From Acidobacteriota bacterium (GTDB taxonomy: Bacteria > Acidobacteriota > CAIWXX01): a stretch of 64,000 nucleotides of DNA. A model generated the notes under the pieces. It saw only the letters and a program-made list of their open reading frames with translations, was not told the DNA's origin and searched no databases. The translations under genes and the position numbers were made by a program. Numbering within the stretch: the stretch's first letter is position 1; each line of letters starts with the position of its first letter. The stretch is taken from contig JBFMAF010000031.1 of the NCBI GenBank assembly GCA_040755995.1, forward strand, positions 83,108-147,107. Direction: 5' to 3'. Below, in pieces: positions 29,731-40,166 of the stretch.

Positions 29731-31617
29731 ATGAGATACTACGAAATACGGAATCTTCGCTCGTTCTCCGGCCCGAACTACTACCTCGATTCACCGGCGA
29801 TAGTCTTCGACTTGGATATCGATCATGGCGGCCCCTTCGAGGCTTTGAGGGAAAGCGCCGTGGATCGCTTCCCTGTGCTCCGTTCCAGAACCATCGAAAC
29901 CCCGGCGGATCTTTTCGCGTTGACGCTGCTACAGGTCATCAGGCTCGACCTCGACCTCTTCGTCAGCAAATCCGCGGTCCACGTGATCGACGGAGCGGCC
30001 CGGATCGCAGCTGAGTACATCGATGAGGGTGTGGCCAAGGAGGCCGCGTATCTGGTCAGAGACTGGCTGTCCGCAGTCGCCGAGAAGAAGCCGTTCGACT
30101 TCGAGGGCAACATGCAAGGACTCCAGACCGATTTCGACAAGACGTTGTATGGCGGCCCGACTCTTTACTCCCTCCTCGAGGCCGCGATGAAGCGCTCGAT
30201 ACCGGTGCACTACCTGTTCGAAGAGAATCAGTTCCAGTGGGGATACGGCAAGAAACAGCTCCGGGGCCGATCCACCACCTTCCACACCGACGGCATCAAA
30301 GACACCGAATTCACCACCTACAAGGACATGGTCAAGGATTTCCTGCAGATGTGCGGATTCCCGACGCCCATCGGCAGGAACTGCTACTCGCTGAAGGAGG
30401 CTCTGGCGCAGGCGGAGCAGCTCGGCTTTCCGGTTGTCGTGAAGCCGGTGGCCGGGCACAAGGGGCAGGGCGTCACGACGAACGTCCGTTCGATGGACGA
30501 GCTCCGCAGCGCCTACCAGGCCGCCGAGCAATCGGCGCGGCAGGAGAAGGGGCACAATGACGGCGTAATCGTCGAGCAACAGATCGAGGGGACCGACCAC
30601 CGCCTCCTGGCTGTGAACGGCAAGTTCCTCGCCGCCCTCCAGCGCATCCCAGCATATGTTGACGGCAACGGCCACGACACGATCGAAACGTTGATCGAGC
30701 GCGAGAACGCGACGTCGGCCCGCGTCGACAATGCGCGATCGCCGCTTTGCAAGATCAAGACAGACGAGAATCTGATCGAGTTCCTGAAGCTACAGCGGCT
30801 CTCGCTCCGCTCCGTGCCCAAGCCGGGCGAGCGCATCTTCCTGCGCCGCGTCGCGAATATCTCAGCCGGCGGTGTCTCGATCAACGTCACCAGCAAGGTC
30901 CACCCGAAGAACGTGAAACTCGTCGAAGACATCGCTAGCTTCTTCAACCTGACGGCTCTCGGCATCGACGTGCTCGCGGGCGACATCAGCAAGCCGTGGA
31001 CCGACGGGGATTTCGGAATCATCGAGATCAACGCCGCGCCCGGCGTCTTCATGCACCTCACGCCCGCAATCGGAGACCCGCTCGACATCCCCGCGGCGAT
31101 CTTGCGATCGCACTTCCCCAAAGACGGGTCCGAGCGAATACCCATCGTTACCGGCAACAGGCTCTCGCTCAATTTCAGCCAGATGCTCTTCCGTGAGCTC
31201 CGCGCGATCCGGCCGGGCATTCAATTCGCGAGCCTCACGGAAGAGGGAATCCTTTTCAACGGCGAGTTCTTCTTCAAGAACCCGGTGCACGCGCAGAACG
31301 TCAAGATCATGCTTCGCCACCCGAAGCTCGATCTGGCCCTGTTCACACATCGCCGCGACGACATACTGGATTCGGGGATGCTCCATCGGGGGGCCGATCT
31401 CGTCATCCTGGAGGCTCCTGATAAAGAAGAGGAGGTCCTGAGACGAGACCTGCTGCCGGGAGGCATCCTCGTGGAGCTTGGAGGGCCGGAGATCGTGATC
31501 ACACGTGACGGACAGGCGCTGGGCTCTCGACCAATCGCCGGCGGCGAAGACAAGGACGGCGCGCTGCTCGACGCCTTGAAGCCGGCGTTGCCCGGGCTCG
31601 TCTCCAAGTACGACTGA
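29731..31617 (+). CDS. cphA2: Cyanophycin synthetase 2-like protein (beta-Asp-Arg dipeptide polymerase type)
   Basis: 628 aa; GPNYYLD.PAIVFD, YGGPTLY, QWGYGKKQ.RG..TTF..D; intact ATP-grasp (KPVAGHKGQGVT, DHRLL, ANISAGG, IEINAAPG); Mur-ligase P-loop absent (RIPIVTGN) and no lid domain. Confidence 0.85.
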   Translation: MRYYEIRNLRSFSGPNYYLDSPAIVFDLDIDHGGPFEALRESAVDRFPVLRSRTIETPADLFALTLLQVIRLDLDLFVSKSAVHVIDGAARIAAEYIDEGVAKEAAYLVRDWLSAVAEKKPFDFEGNMQGLQTDFDKTLYGGPTLYSLLEAAMKRSIPVHYLFEENQFQWGYGKKQLRGRSTTFHTDGIKDTEFTTYKDMVKDFLQMCGFPTPIGRNCYSLKEALAQAEQLGFPVVVKPVAGHKGQGVTTNVRSMDELRSAYQAAEQSARQEKGHNDGVIVEQQIEGTDHRLLAVNGKFLAALQRIPAYVDGNGHDTIETLIERENATSARVDNARSPLCKIKTDENLIEFLKLQRLSLRSVPKPGERIFLRRVANISAGGVSINVTSKVHPKNVKLVEDIASFFNLTALGIDVLAGDISKPWTDGDFGIIEINAAPGVFMHLTPAIGDPLDIPAAILRSHFPKDGSERIPIVTGNRLSLNFSQMLFRELRAIRPGIQFASLTEEGILFNGEFFFKNPVHAQNVKIMLRHPKLDLALFTHRRDDILDSGMLHRGADLVILEAPDKEEEVLRRDLLPGGILVELGGPEIVITRDGQALGSRPIAGGEDKDGALLDALKPALPGLVSKYD

Positions 31618-31647
31618 CCCGGCCTGAAGGTGAAAGGAAACGTAACT

Positions 31648-32811
31648 ATGCTGACTCTTTTCAGAGCGTGTGAGCTCTACGCGCCCGAAAGGCTGGGCAT
31701 CAGAGATGTTCTGATCGGCGCCGGCCGGGTTCTCGCCGTGGATCAACACATTGCCGAGCCCAAGGACGTGGCTTGCGAGGTCATCCCTGCTGATGGGCTG
31801 CGGATGATTCCGGGCCTCATCGATGTGCACGTGCACATCGCGGGAGCCGGAGGCGAGGGCGGGCCGTCGACACGGACTCCGGAGATGCAGCTGGGCCAGA
31901 TGCTGAAGGGCGGCATCACCAGCGTGATCGGTTCGCTCGGTACCGACGGCATGACGCGCTCGGTGGAGAGCGTCCTGATGAAGGCGAAGGCGCTCCGCCA
32001 GGAGGGCGTGTCCGCGTGGATCCTCACTGGCGCCTACCAGGCGCCTACACCCACTATTCTGGGCGATGCCGGCAGGGATGTGGCCATGATCGAGGAAATA
32101 ATCGGCGTGGGCGAGGTCGCCGTCTCCGACCACCGATCGTCATGTCCGACCGTGCCCGAGCTGGCGCGGATCGCGGCACACGCGCGTGTCGGCGGCATGC
32201 TCGGCGGCAAGGCCGGCCTGGTGCTCCTGCACATGGGCGACGCCCAGAAGCCATTCGACATCCTCTACCAGGTGGTGAGCTTCAGCCAGCTTTCGCTCGC
32301 GCAATTCCTGCCTACGCACTGCACCCGCAATGCGCACATCTTCCAGGAGGCCAAGGAATACGGAAAGCAGGGCTATGTAGATATCACGGCGAGCGCCTAC
32401 CCCTTCTTCCCCGACGACGAGGTGAAGCCGTCGAAGGCGATCGTGGAGCTGCTCAAGGCCGGCGTGCCGCTCGACCACATCACCATGTCATCGGATGGGT
32501 GCGGGAGCCTGCCTCGATTCGACGAGAAGGGAAACGTGGTGATGCTCGTGAGCGGCGAGCCCGATTCGATCTTTCGCGAGCTTGTCGAGGCCGTTCGCCA
32601 GGACGGGCTCCCACTCGAGCTGGCCCTCAAGGTGGTCACCTCGAACCCGGCCCGCATATTCAAGCTCCCGCGCAAGGGAAGCATCGCCGCCGGCTATGAT
32701 GCCGACCTCGTGCTCCTGGATAAGGAGGACCGGCCCTATCACGTCGTCGCCAACGGAGCGTTTTTCGTGAAGTACGCGGAGGTGCTCCGGAGAGGCACCT
32801 TCGAAAAGTAG
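31648..32811 (+). CDS. iadA: Isoaspartyl dipeptidase (beta-aspartyl peptidase)
   Basis: PGLIDVHVHIAGAGGEGG..TRTPE, LGTDG, TGAY, GEVAVSDHRSS, HMGD, PTH, SSDG.GSLP. Confidence 0.96.
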   Translation: MLTLFRACELYAPERLGIRDVLIGAGRVLAVDQHIAEPKDVACEVIPADGLRMIPGLIDVHVHIAGAGGEGGPSTRTPEMQLGQMLKGGITSVIGSLGTDGMTRSVESVLMKAKALRQEGVSAWILTGAYQAPTPTILGDAGRDVAMIEEIIGVGEVAVSDHRSSCPTVPELARIAAHARVGGMLGGKAGLVLLHMGDAQKPFDILYQVVSFSQLSLAQFLPTHCTRNAHIFQEAKEYGKQGYVDITASAYPFFPDDEVKPSKAIVELLKAGVPLDHITMSSDGCGSLPRFDEKGNVVMLVSGEPDSIFRELVEAVRQDGLPLELALKVVTSNPARIFKLPRKGSIAAGYDADLVLLDKEDRPYHVVANGAFFVKYAEVLRRGTFEK

Positions 32812-33241
32812 CCTTGAGGGTGTCTCAGCAAGTCGGGTCCTTCCTGTCCCCACGTCTCCCACGTCCGGTTGGCTGCCCATCGTGACTTGGACGTGAACGA
32901 TGCGTTTGACCTCCCTCCGCTCACGTTCAGGTCGACGTGTGCATCTACGAATGCGATGTCGCCGAACTGAGGCGCCGGGCCCGGGATTGCACAATGCCGA
33001 AGAATAGTCGAGAATTGGGTTCAGCCCATCCAGGAGGCGTATCGACGTGAACGGCGCCCGATGCCCCAGGCGACTTGAGACGACGAAGATGTTGCGCCTG
33101 AGTCAAGTTCTTGGACCGGAGCGCCGCTGCCACTCTCTACTCTCCACTCCCTGCACTCTACGCGAGGCCCGGCCGGCTCGGCCTCGCATGATACATCGGT
33201 CCGAGGCCGCGCCTCGTCAGGGGTAAGTCATAGACCCGATC

Positions 33242-35884
33242 ATGAAAGCGTATCTCGACGATCCGATCCACCCCGGCCCGCTCCGCGTCCTCGACATCCG
33301 CGTCATGCACGGGGCGAACTACTTCAGCGGGGGACCCGTCGTCATCATGAGGCTCGACCTCGGCGAATACGACGAGGTCTTCACGAACCAGATCCCGGGC
33401 TTCCTCGAAAGACTCCAGGCGCTGCTCCCAACGCTTGCGGAGCACCACTGCTCGGAGGGGAAGACTCTGGGGTTCTTCTCGCGCGTGAGTGAGGGCACGC
33501 TGCTCGGACACGTCACCGAGCATGTCACGATCGAGCTCCAGACCCTGGCGGGCATGGACGTCGCCTACGGCAAGACGCGCAGCACCTCGGCGAAGGGTGT
33601 CTACAACGTCGTCTATCGTTTCTTCGACGAGGTGGCGGGTGTGGTCGCCGGCAAGGCCGCCGTGAACATGATGAACTCCATCCTGCTTGGGCGCCCGTTC
33701 GACACGGCCTCGGCGATTACTACGCTTGTAGAAATACGTGAGAAGAGGCTGCTGGGTCCCAGCACCCAGGCTATCGTCAAGGAGGCCAGGCAGCGCGGCA
33801 TCCCATTCCTGCGGCTCGACGAGTACAACCTGGTGCAGCTCGGCACAGGCAGGTACCAGAAGCGCATCCGGGCCACGATCACGTCCGACACCGACTACCT
33901 CGCCGTGGAGACGGCGGACAACAAGCGGTTGACCACCCTGATGCTGACGGAGGCCGGCATCCCCGTGCCGGAGACCGTCGTGGCCGAGCGGCTGGAGGAG
34001 GTGATCGAGTTCCAGGCAAGGCTGAAGCAGCCTCTGGTGATCAAGCCGCGCGAGCGCCACATGCGCAAGGGTGTCACCGTTCGGCTTGATTCCGACGAAG
34101 AGATATCAGAAGCCTTCGGCTGGGCCAGGCAGTTCGATGAGGCCGTTCTCGTACAGCCCTTCGTCAGCGGCAACACCTACCGCGTCCTCGTTATCGACTA
34201 CCAGATGGTCGCCGCCGCCCAGGTGACCCCCCCTGTGGTTGTAGGAGACGGGCGGCACAGAATCACGGAGCTGATCGAGATTCTCAACCGGGAGCCGGAC
34301 CGGGGAGTCGGCGACAAGTCGAAGCTGACGCGAGTGGAGGTGGATGAGATCACGCAGCGGATCCTGCGCGGGCGCGGGTACAGCCTCGACACGGTCCTCC
34401 CGGCAGGCGAGACGCTGCCGTTGAAGCTTTCAGGGAGTCTGAGGAGCGGCGGAAGCGCCCGCGACGTCACCGACGAGGTCCATCCGTTTAACCGGTTCCT
34501 GGCCGAACGCGCCGCCAAGGTCATCGGCCTGAATGTCGCCGGCCTAGATATCGTCGCGCCATCTCTGAGCACGCCGATTCTCGAGAACGGCGGCGTCTGC
34601 ATCGGCGCGACCGCGGCGCCCGACCTGCGGCTCCATCTCAGCCCGACTCACGGCGCGGTGCGCGCCGTGGCAGGGCCGATCGTGGATATGCTGTTTCCCG
34701 CCGGAAGCAAGACGCGCATCCCGGTCTTCTCCGTCACCGGCACCCTGGGCAAGACCACCACCGTCAACCTGCTCGCCCATTGCCTCAAGCTCGCCCGATA
34801 CCACGTCGGGTTGACGTCGACCGAGGGCCTGTCTATTTCGGACAAGATGCTCATGAAGGGCGACATGACGTACCCCGAACACGTCGCCCTGGTGTTGAAG
34901 GACCCCACGATCGACTGCGCCGTCCTCGAGACGGCACGCGAAGGGATCCTGCGCCGCGGCATCGGATACGAGCTCGCCGACTTCGGCATCGTGCTGAACA
35001 TGTACGAAGACCACGTCGGGAGCGATGACATCAGGTACGTCGAGGACCTTGCCTACGCGAAGTCGGTCGTGGCCGAGCAGGTGTACGACGACGGCTACGC
35101 CGTCCTCAACGCTGACAACGACCTGGTGCTGGACATGCGGGATAGGGTCAGAAGCCACCTGGCGCTCTTCTCCCGATCCTACTCCAACCGCGACGTGCGC
35201 GAGCATGCGGACGCCGGCGGCCTCGGTGTAGTCCTCGATCGCGGCGACATCCTGGTGCTCAAGGACCGCAACACGTTGCGCGTCACCAACATTGACGAGA
35301 TCCCTCTCACGCACCAGGGCAAGGCTCACCAGAACTACGACAACATCCTTGCCGCAGTCGCCGCGCTGTTCGCCTTCCAGATTCCTCTGGAGACGATCCG
35401 CTACGGCCTGCGGACGTTCTACCCCGACCCGGCAAAGCTGCCCGGCCGGATGAACGTCATTCAGATGGGCGACTTCACGGTTCTTGTCGACTACGCGCAC
35501 AATAGGGAGAGCTACCTGGAGCTCAAGGAGTTTCTCCGGCACTTCACGCAGAAGAAGCTGGGTGTGATCGATGCTCCGGGCGACCGCAGCGATCACGAGA
35601 TCATCGGCCTGGGCGAGATCGCCGCGCGCACCTACGACGAGGTCTATGTCTACGAGGGGTTCGACAGGCGCGGCAGGCCGATCGGCGAGATCGCGGAACT
35701 GCTCAAGCATGGTCTCGTCACGGCGGGGTTCGCCGAGGACCGCATCACGACCTTCATGGAGCCGGAGGCGGCGTGGAGGAGAGCGCTGGGGCGCGGAGGC
35801 CCGGAGCGGATGGTGGTGATCCTGACGGGGCGCGCCGAGAAGACGCTCCGGGTGATCGAGGCGCACGGAGGCAATGCAAAGTGA
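33242..35884 (+). CDS. cphA: Full-length cyanophycin synthetase paralogue with degenerate ATP-grasp (G) domain
   Basis: 880 aa N-G-M architecture; Cx19HxxEH intact; G motifs altered (KPRERHMRKG, GSLRSGG, IGATAAPD); M domain TGTLGKTTT, ETAR, EDH, PGRMN, DYAHN. Confidence 0.9.
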   Translation: MKAYLDDPIHPGPLRVLDIRVMHGANYFSGGPVVIMRLDLGEYDEVFTNQIPGFLERLQALLPTLAEHHCSEGKTLGFFSRVSEGTLLGHVTEHVTIELQTLAGMDVAYGKTRSTSAKGVYNVVYRFFDEVAGVVAGKAAVNMMNSILLGRPFDTASAITTLVEIREKRLLGPSTQAIVKEARQRGIPFLRLDEYNLVQLGTGRYQKRIRATITSDTDYLAVETADNKRLTTLMLTEAGIPVPETVVAERLEEVIEFQARLKQPLVIKPRERHMRKGVTVRLDSDEEISEAFGWARQFDEAVLVQPFVSGNTYRVLVIDYQMVAAAQVTPPVVVGDGRHRITELIEILNREPDRGVGDKSKLTRVEVDEITQRILRGRGYSLDTVLPAGETLPLKLSGSLRSGGSARDVTDEVHPFNRFLAERAAKVIGLNVAGLDIVAPSLSTPILENGGVCIGATAAPDLRLHLSPTHGAVRAVAGPIVDMLFPAGSKTRIPVFSVTGTLGKTTTVNLLAHCLKLARYHVGLTSTEGLSISDKMLMKGDMTYPEHVALVLKDPTIDCAVLETAREGILRRGIGYELADFGIVLNMYEDHVGSDDIRYVEDLAYAKSVVAEQVYDDGYAVLNADNDLVLDMRDRVRSHLALFSRSYSNRDVREHADAGGLGVVLDRGDILVLKDRNTLRVTNIDEIPLTHQGKAHQNYDNILAAVAALFAFQIPLETIRYGLRTFYPDPAKLPGRMNVIQMGDFTVLVDYAHNRESYLELKEFLRHFTQKKLGVIDAPGDRSDHEIIGLGEIAARTYDEVYVYEGFDRRGRPIGEIAELLKHGLVTAGFAEDRITTFMEPEAAWRRALGRGGPERMVVILTGRAEKTLRVIEAHGGNAK

Positions 35885-35885
35885 G

Positions 35886-35936
35886 AAATGCAAAAGGCGG
35901 AATGCAAGAGGAGCATTGCCCCCGGGGGCGATGTAT
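35886..35936 (+). repeat. Imperfect ~50-bp direct repeat, copy 1 (AATGCAA-type heptamers + GCCCCCGG..GCGATGT)
   Basis: Similar to 41581-41630; related heptamers also at 27012-27030. Confidence 0.6.
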
Positions 35937-36072
35937 GCACATGTCCGTGAAATAGTGGGTCACCAAACGCCAGCTTGCCAACAGAATTGTTGGTCAACTA
36001 TGTTGTTGTCGGCGGCGTTGAATGCCGGCTGAGCGCGATTCTGGTCCCCGCGCAAGACCGCCGATAGTCGCG

Positions 36073-38013
36073 CTACCTTGCGTCCTCCACTCTGAAAACG
36101 CCGGTGTCGGTGGCGGCATAGACGACGTTCGGTTCGGCGCTGCTGCTGGCCAGTGCACGCACGTACCTCGAGGCGGGCCGGCCGAGTCCGCGGCTCATCG
36201 GCAGCCAGGTCTTTCCACCGTTGGTGCTCCTGTAGACGCCCTGGCCTTGCGTTCCCGCATAGAGAACGTTGCTCGCGGTGGGCGATACCAACAGACACGA
36301 CACCGCACGGCCCTTCATGATGGTGTTCCAGCTTTCACCCCTATCGGTGCTCTTCCACAGTTTCTTCGAGGTCCTTCCTTCGCACGCATAGACAGTCGAG
36401 GGCGATCCAGGGTCGAGAGCGAGGCCCCATGAGAGGTCCCACGATTCCGTCCCGACTACAAGCATACAGGTCCAGGTAGATCCTCCGTCGGTGCTTTTCG
36501 CCGCGCAGACTCCGTCTTCACGGGCGGCATAGACGGTGGTGGGCATCGCGGGATCAATCTCGATGTGCGACACGGTGCCGCCCGAGAAGGTGACGCTGCT
36601 CTTCCAGCTATGCCCTCCGTCAATGCTCTTGAACACCTGCTCGTAGATCGACGCATACAGCGTGGTTGGCGTCTGGGGGTCAACTGCTATCAAGTCGACC
36701 GCTCTGGGCATCTGTTTCCAGGTGGCCCCGCTATCGGTGCTCTTGAAGGTCCCGCTTCCTCCGCACGCGTAGACGACGTCCGGGTCGCTGGGGTCGATCG
36801 TGATGCTTCGGAGCCGCGTGAGCTTGGAACACTTGCCGATTGAACTGTTCCAGCTTCCTCCGCCGTCTGTCGTCTTGAAGACCCCTGCCGCTGTTCCAAT
36901 GTACACGACGCCGGGTCGTGAAGGGTCGACGGCTAGAGCGTCGACTTGCCATTCTTTGATGCCGGCGTTGGCGGTCGACCATGTGGTTCCACGGTCGGTA
37001 CTCTGGAGGACCCCTGATATCGTCGCCGCGTAGAGTAGATCCGAGTTTGTGGGATCAGCGACGATCCGTCGCACGGAGTCAGCTGGCAAGCCGGAGATGC
37101 GAGTCCACTTTTTGCCGCTCGTTGTCGTGACGTAGGCGCCATCCTCCGTGGCCGCATACAGGATGTCGGGACTGGCCGGGTCCACTGTCAGCCGCGGGAC
37201 CTGATAACTCCTTTCGTCCGGGAACTCCCCGGCGAATTCCCAACGGGCACCCGCGTTCGTGCTCTTGAACAGGCCATGTGAACACACGCCCACGTAAACG
37301 ACATCAGGATTCGAAGGCGAGATACATATCCCCCCAACGCCGTAGATACGGGCAGGGAGGCCCCGATCGGATGCGACCCAGGTCGCGCCGCCGTCCGAGG
37401 TCTTGAAAATGTTGGGGTCTCCCGTGCCCGCATAGGCCACGTCTGGATTCCGAGGGTCAATTGCAATGGTCCCGACCCAGCCATCGTTCTCGAACGAGCG
37501 AGTCCGCGACCAGGTGGTGCCGCCATCCGTGCTCCTGACGACGCAATCCCAGCTTGTGGCGGCGTACATCGTGGAGCTGCTCGAAGGACTGACCGCGAAG
37601 CAACTGACACGGGACTTGCCGAAATGACCTTCGGAGAGCAGCCTGTTCCAACCCCTGCCCCCGTTGGTACTCTTGTACAACGCCGCATCGTGCAGCGCGT
37701 AAACCGTCGTCGCGACCGCGGGATCGACGACCAACTGGTCGTATACGGTGCCTGCGGTCGCCGGCAGGATCCTCCACGTCGCGGCACTGTCCACGCTCTC
37801 ATAGAAGGTCCCTGCCGATGCGTACAGGATGTTCGGGCGGGAGGGAGCTATGGCGAGGTCTGTGATGTTGCCGCCGTCCGGACCTACGTCTCGCCAGGCG
37901 GGCACTTGCTGCGAGCCTGCTTGAACCTTGTTCCCAAGTACCACCAGGCTCGCGGAAAGAACGAACCGTATCGCTACGTTCCATGAGGCGCGGTTGGGAA
38001 GTCGTCTAATCAC
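36073..38013 (-). CDS. Secreted BNR/Asp-box repeat beta-propeller protein (YCF48/sortilin-like)
   Basis: Many (K/R)S.DGG.(T/S)W Asp-boxes with DP..P..LYA repeats; signal-like N-terminus; start GTG 38013 (coupled to upstream stop) or ATG 38028. Confidence 0.9.
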   Translation of the reverse strand: MIRRLPNRASWNVAIRFVLSASLVVLGNKVQAGSQQVPAWRDVGPDGGNITDLAIAPSRPNILYASAGTFYESVDSAATWRILPATAGTVYDQLVVDPAVATTVYALHDAALYKSTNGGRGWNRLLSEGHFGKSRVSCFAVSPSSSSTMYAATSWDCVVRSTDGGTTWSRTRSFENDGWVGTIAIDPRNPDVAYAGTGDPNIFKTSDGGATWVASDRGLPARIYGVGGICISPSNPDVVYVGVCSHGLFKSTNAGARWEFAGEFPDERSYQVPRLTVDPASPDILYAATEDGAYVTTTSGKKWTRISGLPADSVRRIVADPTNSDLLYAATISGVLQSTDRGTTWSTANAGIKEWQVDALAVDPSRPGVVYIGTAAGVFKTTDGGGSWNSSIGKCSKLTRLRSITIDPSDPDVVYACGGSGTFKSTDSGATWKQMPRAVDLIAVDPQTPTTLYASIYEQVFKSIDGGHSWKSSVTFSGGTVSHIEIDPAMPTTVYAAREDGVCAAKSTDGGSTWTCMLVVGTESWDLSWGLALDPGSPSTVYACEGRTSKKLWKSTDRGESWNTIMKGRAVSCLLVSPTASNVLYAGTQGQGVYRSTNGGKTWLPMSRGLGRPASRYVRALASSSAEPNVVYAATDTGVFRVEDAR

Positions 38014-40078
38014 GAATTGTGCGAACATAGATGCCGTCCTCCGTGCCGGCGTAGAGGACCGGTTGCTCAGCGTCAACGGTAATCGAATTGACCCATGTGT
38101 ACGAGCCACTTGTGGGCAGGCCACGGTTGATGGGATGCCAATTCGTTCCACCGTCCAGGCTGCGCCAGACTCCGGATTCGTCTGAGGCCACGTACATCGT
38201 GCCAGGAGCGTCAGGGTCGAACGCCACTTGGGTAAACCATCGATAAGAGTCAGTCTCCGGGAACACCATTGACCAATGGCCGTCTCCCTGCTTCCACCGC
38301 AACAACGTCCCCCCGGCTATCACAAAGAAGACGCCGGGGTTGTGGGGATCGGGTGCTATCTGTTTGAAGCCCCAAGAAGGGGCCAGAACAGGACTGAATG
38401 GGCTCCAGCACTTCCCATCATCCTCGCTCCTCCACAGGCGGGCCTTCTCCTCATGGCCCGCATCCGTCGACACGCCGGCGTAGAAGACACCCGGGCGCCT
38501 GGGATCGAAGACGAGGGGGCGCACATCTCCTGCGCCTGGCAGGTCAGAGCTCAGAAGGTGCCAATGGTCCCCGCGGTCGAGCGACTCCAGGAGGGCTCCA
38601 TCCACCATGACCAGAAGGCGCCTGGGATTGGCCGGGTCGATCGTGAACGCCTCGAACGTAACCTCGTGCCAGGGCTGAGTCGTGGCCGTCCAGCTTTTCC
38701 CTCCATCTGTGCTTCTATAGATGAGCTCTGTCGCACTTCGCGAGTACAGCGTAAGGGTGTTTTTCGGGTGCACGAGAAGCCCGCCCAGACCGTAGTAGTC
38801 AGGGTATTCTCGAAGGCCCCCGCTGGCCAGTCCCCAGGTGGACCCGCCGTCACGGCTCTTCAAGATGAGCCCGCCGACTGCGTACACTGTTCCACCGTGC
38901 TTGGGACTGGCGACGACCTCATTCACGCCGAATGAAAGACCCTTGCCTGTAAGCTCCCAGGATCTGCCGCCGTCGGTGCTCCGAAGAATTCCGCTGCCGT
39001 CTGAAATCGCGAGTACGGTGTCGGCCGAGGCCGCGTCCACCTGCAGGTGTATCCGTCCGGTACTGGGGGCGCCCGGAATCGGGACGGCAAGCCACGTCGC
39101 TCCGCCCCGTGTGCCGCGATAGACCTCACCGGTCACGGTTACTACATAGAGCACGTCGGGGTCTGACGGACTGACAACAACGTCGTACATTTCCACCGCG
39201 GGCAGCCCCCTGCTGAGGCGTACCCATTCTGTGCCCCCATTCGTGGTCCTGTAGAGGCCTCGATTCGTGGCAGCCCATACAGTGTCACTTCGTCGCGAAT
39301 GCGCACTTAGCGCGCTGACGAGGAGACCCTGACCGCCGGCAGGCAATCCGTTGTTCACGGACACCCATTTCACACCGGCATCCGTGCTCTTGAAGACGCC
39401 GCCAGTGGTACCGACGTAGACGTTGCTCGGGCTGGCCGGATCCACCTTTATCGAGCGGGGTTCATGGTCGGCGTCGAACTCGAAGATCCGCCGCCAGTTG
39501 TCACCGCCATCGGCCGATTTCCATACCTCCGGATAGTAGTAGTCTATAGCGTACATCACGTCGTGGTTGATGGTATTGACCGAGAGTGTGCTGGCCAGGA
39601 TATCCAGGTCCACCCAGGTGCGGCCGCCGTTCCGAGTCCTGCATAGCCCGGCCTCCTTCCCGTCGTTCCATGCCATGAACAGCGTCTTGCGATCGACCGG
39701 ATCCACGACGAGTTCGTATACGGAGCTCCAGTAGGTGTCCGCATCCGGCATCGCCCCATTCCAGGTCTCGCCCACCTCGGTGCTCTTGGAACCCCAATAG
39801 GAACCCTCACCCGGCACAGCGCTGTCCCAAGTCTGGCCTCCATCGGTGCTCTTGATGAGCCGATCGTAGCCTTCGACGGCCCATACCAGGCCCGGCTGGC
39901 TGGGAGACGCGGCGACGACCGCGAGACGCCCTCCCGCGTCGACCTTGGTCCATACGTTCACTCCTGCAGCGGAGCTCGAGCTGGTCGCTGCGAGCACGAT
40001 CAGAACCCGCAGCACCCCAATCAGGGCTGCAGCGTGCTTCCGGCAGGATTTCCGCACTCGTGAAAACGCATCAAACAT
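38006..40078 (-). CDS. Secreted BNR/Asp-box repeat beta-propeller protein (paralogue of 36073..38013)
   Basis: Repeated S.DGG..W motifs; GAGGAGGA RBS before ATG 40078; signal peptide. Confidence 0.9.
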   Translation of the reverse strand: MFDAFSRVRKSCRKHAAALIGVLRVLIVLAATSSSSAAGVNVWTKVDAGGRLAVVAASPSQPGLVWAVEGYDRLIKSTDGGQTWDSAVPGEGSYWGSKSTEVGETWNGAMPDADTYWSSVYELVVDPVDRKTLFMAWNDGKEAGLCRTRNGGRTWVDLDILASTLSVNTINHDVMYAIDYYYPEVWKSADGGDNWRRIFEFDADHEPRSIKVDPASPSNVYVGTTGGVFKSTDAGVKWVSVNNGLPAGGQGLLVSALSAHSRRSDTVWAATNRGLYRTTNGGTEWVRLSRGLPAVEMYDVVVSPSDPDVLYVVTVTGEVYRGTRGGATWLAVPIPGAPSTGRIHLQVDAASADTVLAISDGSGILRSTDGGRSWELTGKGLSFGVNEVVASPKHGGTVYAVGGLILKSRDGGSTWGLASGGLREYPDYYGLGGLLVHPKNTLTLYSRSATELIYRSTDGGKSWTATTQPWHEVTFEAFTIDPANPRRLLVMVDGALLESLDRGDHWHLLSSDLPGAGDVRPLVFDPRRPGVFYAGVSTDAGHEEKARLWRSEDDGKCWSPFSPVLAPSWGFKQIAPDPHNPGVFFVIAGGTLLRWKQGDGHWSMVFPETDSYRWFTQVAFDPDAPGTMYVASDESGVWRSLDGGTNWHPINRGLPTSGSYTWVNSITVDAEQPVLYAGTEDGIYVRTIRD

Positions 40079-40166
40079 CTCGTCCTCCTCTCGTTGACTC
40101 CACCAAACCGCTGCGTTGGGCTCCCGATGCGGGAGGCGGGCGCGGGGATTCGTCCGCCCATGAGCG

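Noticed and set aside
32815..33240. Long iadA-cphA* intergenic region as a riboswitch or ncRNA
   Set aside because: Several small hairpins and short repeats but no recognisable Rfam-type consensus; an Infernal search would be needed
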